Below the pieces are notes generated by a model. That model was not told the DNA's origin, made no database searches, and saw only the letters and a list, made by a program, of their open reading frames with translations. From NCBI RefSeq assembly GCF_006345805.1, contig NC_043000.1, forward strand, positions 133,176,001 through 133,240,000: a DNA stretch of 64,000 nt. Reading direction: 5' to 3'. Made by a program: the position numbers and the translations under genes. How positions within the stretch are numbered: the stretch's first letter is position 1; each line of letters begins with the position of its first letter. Below, one piece after another: positions 63,046 to 64,000 of this stretch. The stretch is from Octopus sinensis (Eukaryota).

Positions 63046-63321
63046 AAAGAAAGAAAGAAAATGCTAAGCACGTAGTCCAGCGTACTAATGATTCTGTCAG
63101 CTCACTGCCTTAGATAAAACTATAAATAATGTGCAAATATTAGGCTAAAATCTCTTGAATAAAATACCAAGGAAGTTTTAATTTTTTTTTTTTTTTCCTG
63201 GAAGAAGAAAATGATGACAATTGAGTTAGAACTCAAAAATGAAGTAGCACTGAATATCAGATATTACTAATTATTCAGTGTATCTACTGGCCCAATTACT
63301 TAAAACAACAATTCTTATTTC

Positions 63322-63553
63322 TTTTTATTGCCTACTATTAGGGGCTAAACGTAGAGGGGACAAACAAGGAAAGACAAACGGATTAAGTCGATTACATCAA
63401 CCCCAGTGTGTAACTGGTACTTAATTCATCAACCCCGAAAGGATGAAAGGCAAAGTTGACCTCGGGGGAATTTGAACTCAGAACGTAACAGCAGATGAAA
63501 TACTGCTGAGCATTTTGCCCGGTGTGTTAACGTTTCTGCCAGCTCACTGCCTT
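63322..63553 (-). mobile_element. SINE family A, CpG-decayed copy
   Basis: Full length with CpG to TpG/CpA changes relative to 13378-13609. Confidence 0.88.
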
Positions 63554-64000
63554 TCAATAATTCTGATATGACGTCTGAAGTGAGTAAGATAAGAAAAAAT
63601 ACGAAATTGTGATGTTTATGTCTTTTATAAGAGTATTAGTCAAGGAGCTCAGGACTCAAAAGCTGACCTCTACTTTACAGTGCACAACATATTATTCATA
63701 GCTATTAAGCTGCAATCTTCTTTAGAATCTTTATCCTGTAGCATCAAGACCTTGACTTCGACATTCTTATGCAATAATTACACCTTATTACAGAATTTGT
63801 TTTTTTTGGCTCACAGGTTCAAGTAAAGGCTGTATTTATGGGATTATCTCCATCTATATTTATAATCAATGTTTACTTCATAGTGACATAAGTATTTAAT
63901 ACACAATTCAACAGCTATTTTTGCTTTTCTAACCAAAAGGAGAATTCTACAATGCACCAACATACAAACATAGATACAACAGACACATGCACACCATATT

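Overview
Eukaryotic, AT-rich, intron/intergenic-type DNA, most likely an octopus genome (inferred from the dense tRNA-derived SINE families, RTE-LINE 3' ends and TA/CA/GATA/AAT microsatellites). Almost all ORFs in the supplied track are artefacts of microsatellites or SINEs. The window is mostly repeats: SINE families (working labels A, B, D, E; not database names), RTE 3' ends (label C), fragments of RTE, CR1, L2-like, Tx1 and R4/Dong LINEs, non-autonomous Helitrons, and MITEs of hAT, Tc1/mariner, TTAA (piggyBac-like) and possible Merlin type. The only reasonably supported host coding sequence is a pair of spliced 3'-terminal minus-strand exons at 40323-40658 (protein not recognised). A few weaker micro-exon candidates lie elsewhere. 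The most interesting signals are hammerhead-ribozyme-like cores in two different non-autonomous retroelements: a tRNA-headed SINE at 41391-41653 and a Penelope-like element with a perfect 50-bp inverted repeat at 21122-21673. Other structures of note are a 5x106-bp palindrome-carrying array bounded by TTAA, an 8-bp-TSD MITE with telomere-like repeats, two fold-back structures next to (TA)n tracts, and a 653-bp duplication whose differences sit in one patch. No prokaryotic features (CRISPR, operons) are present. Repeat boundaries were read by eye and are approximate unless a TSD or terminal motif is quoted.
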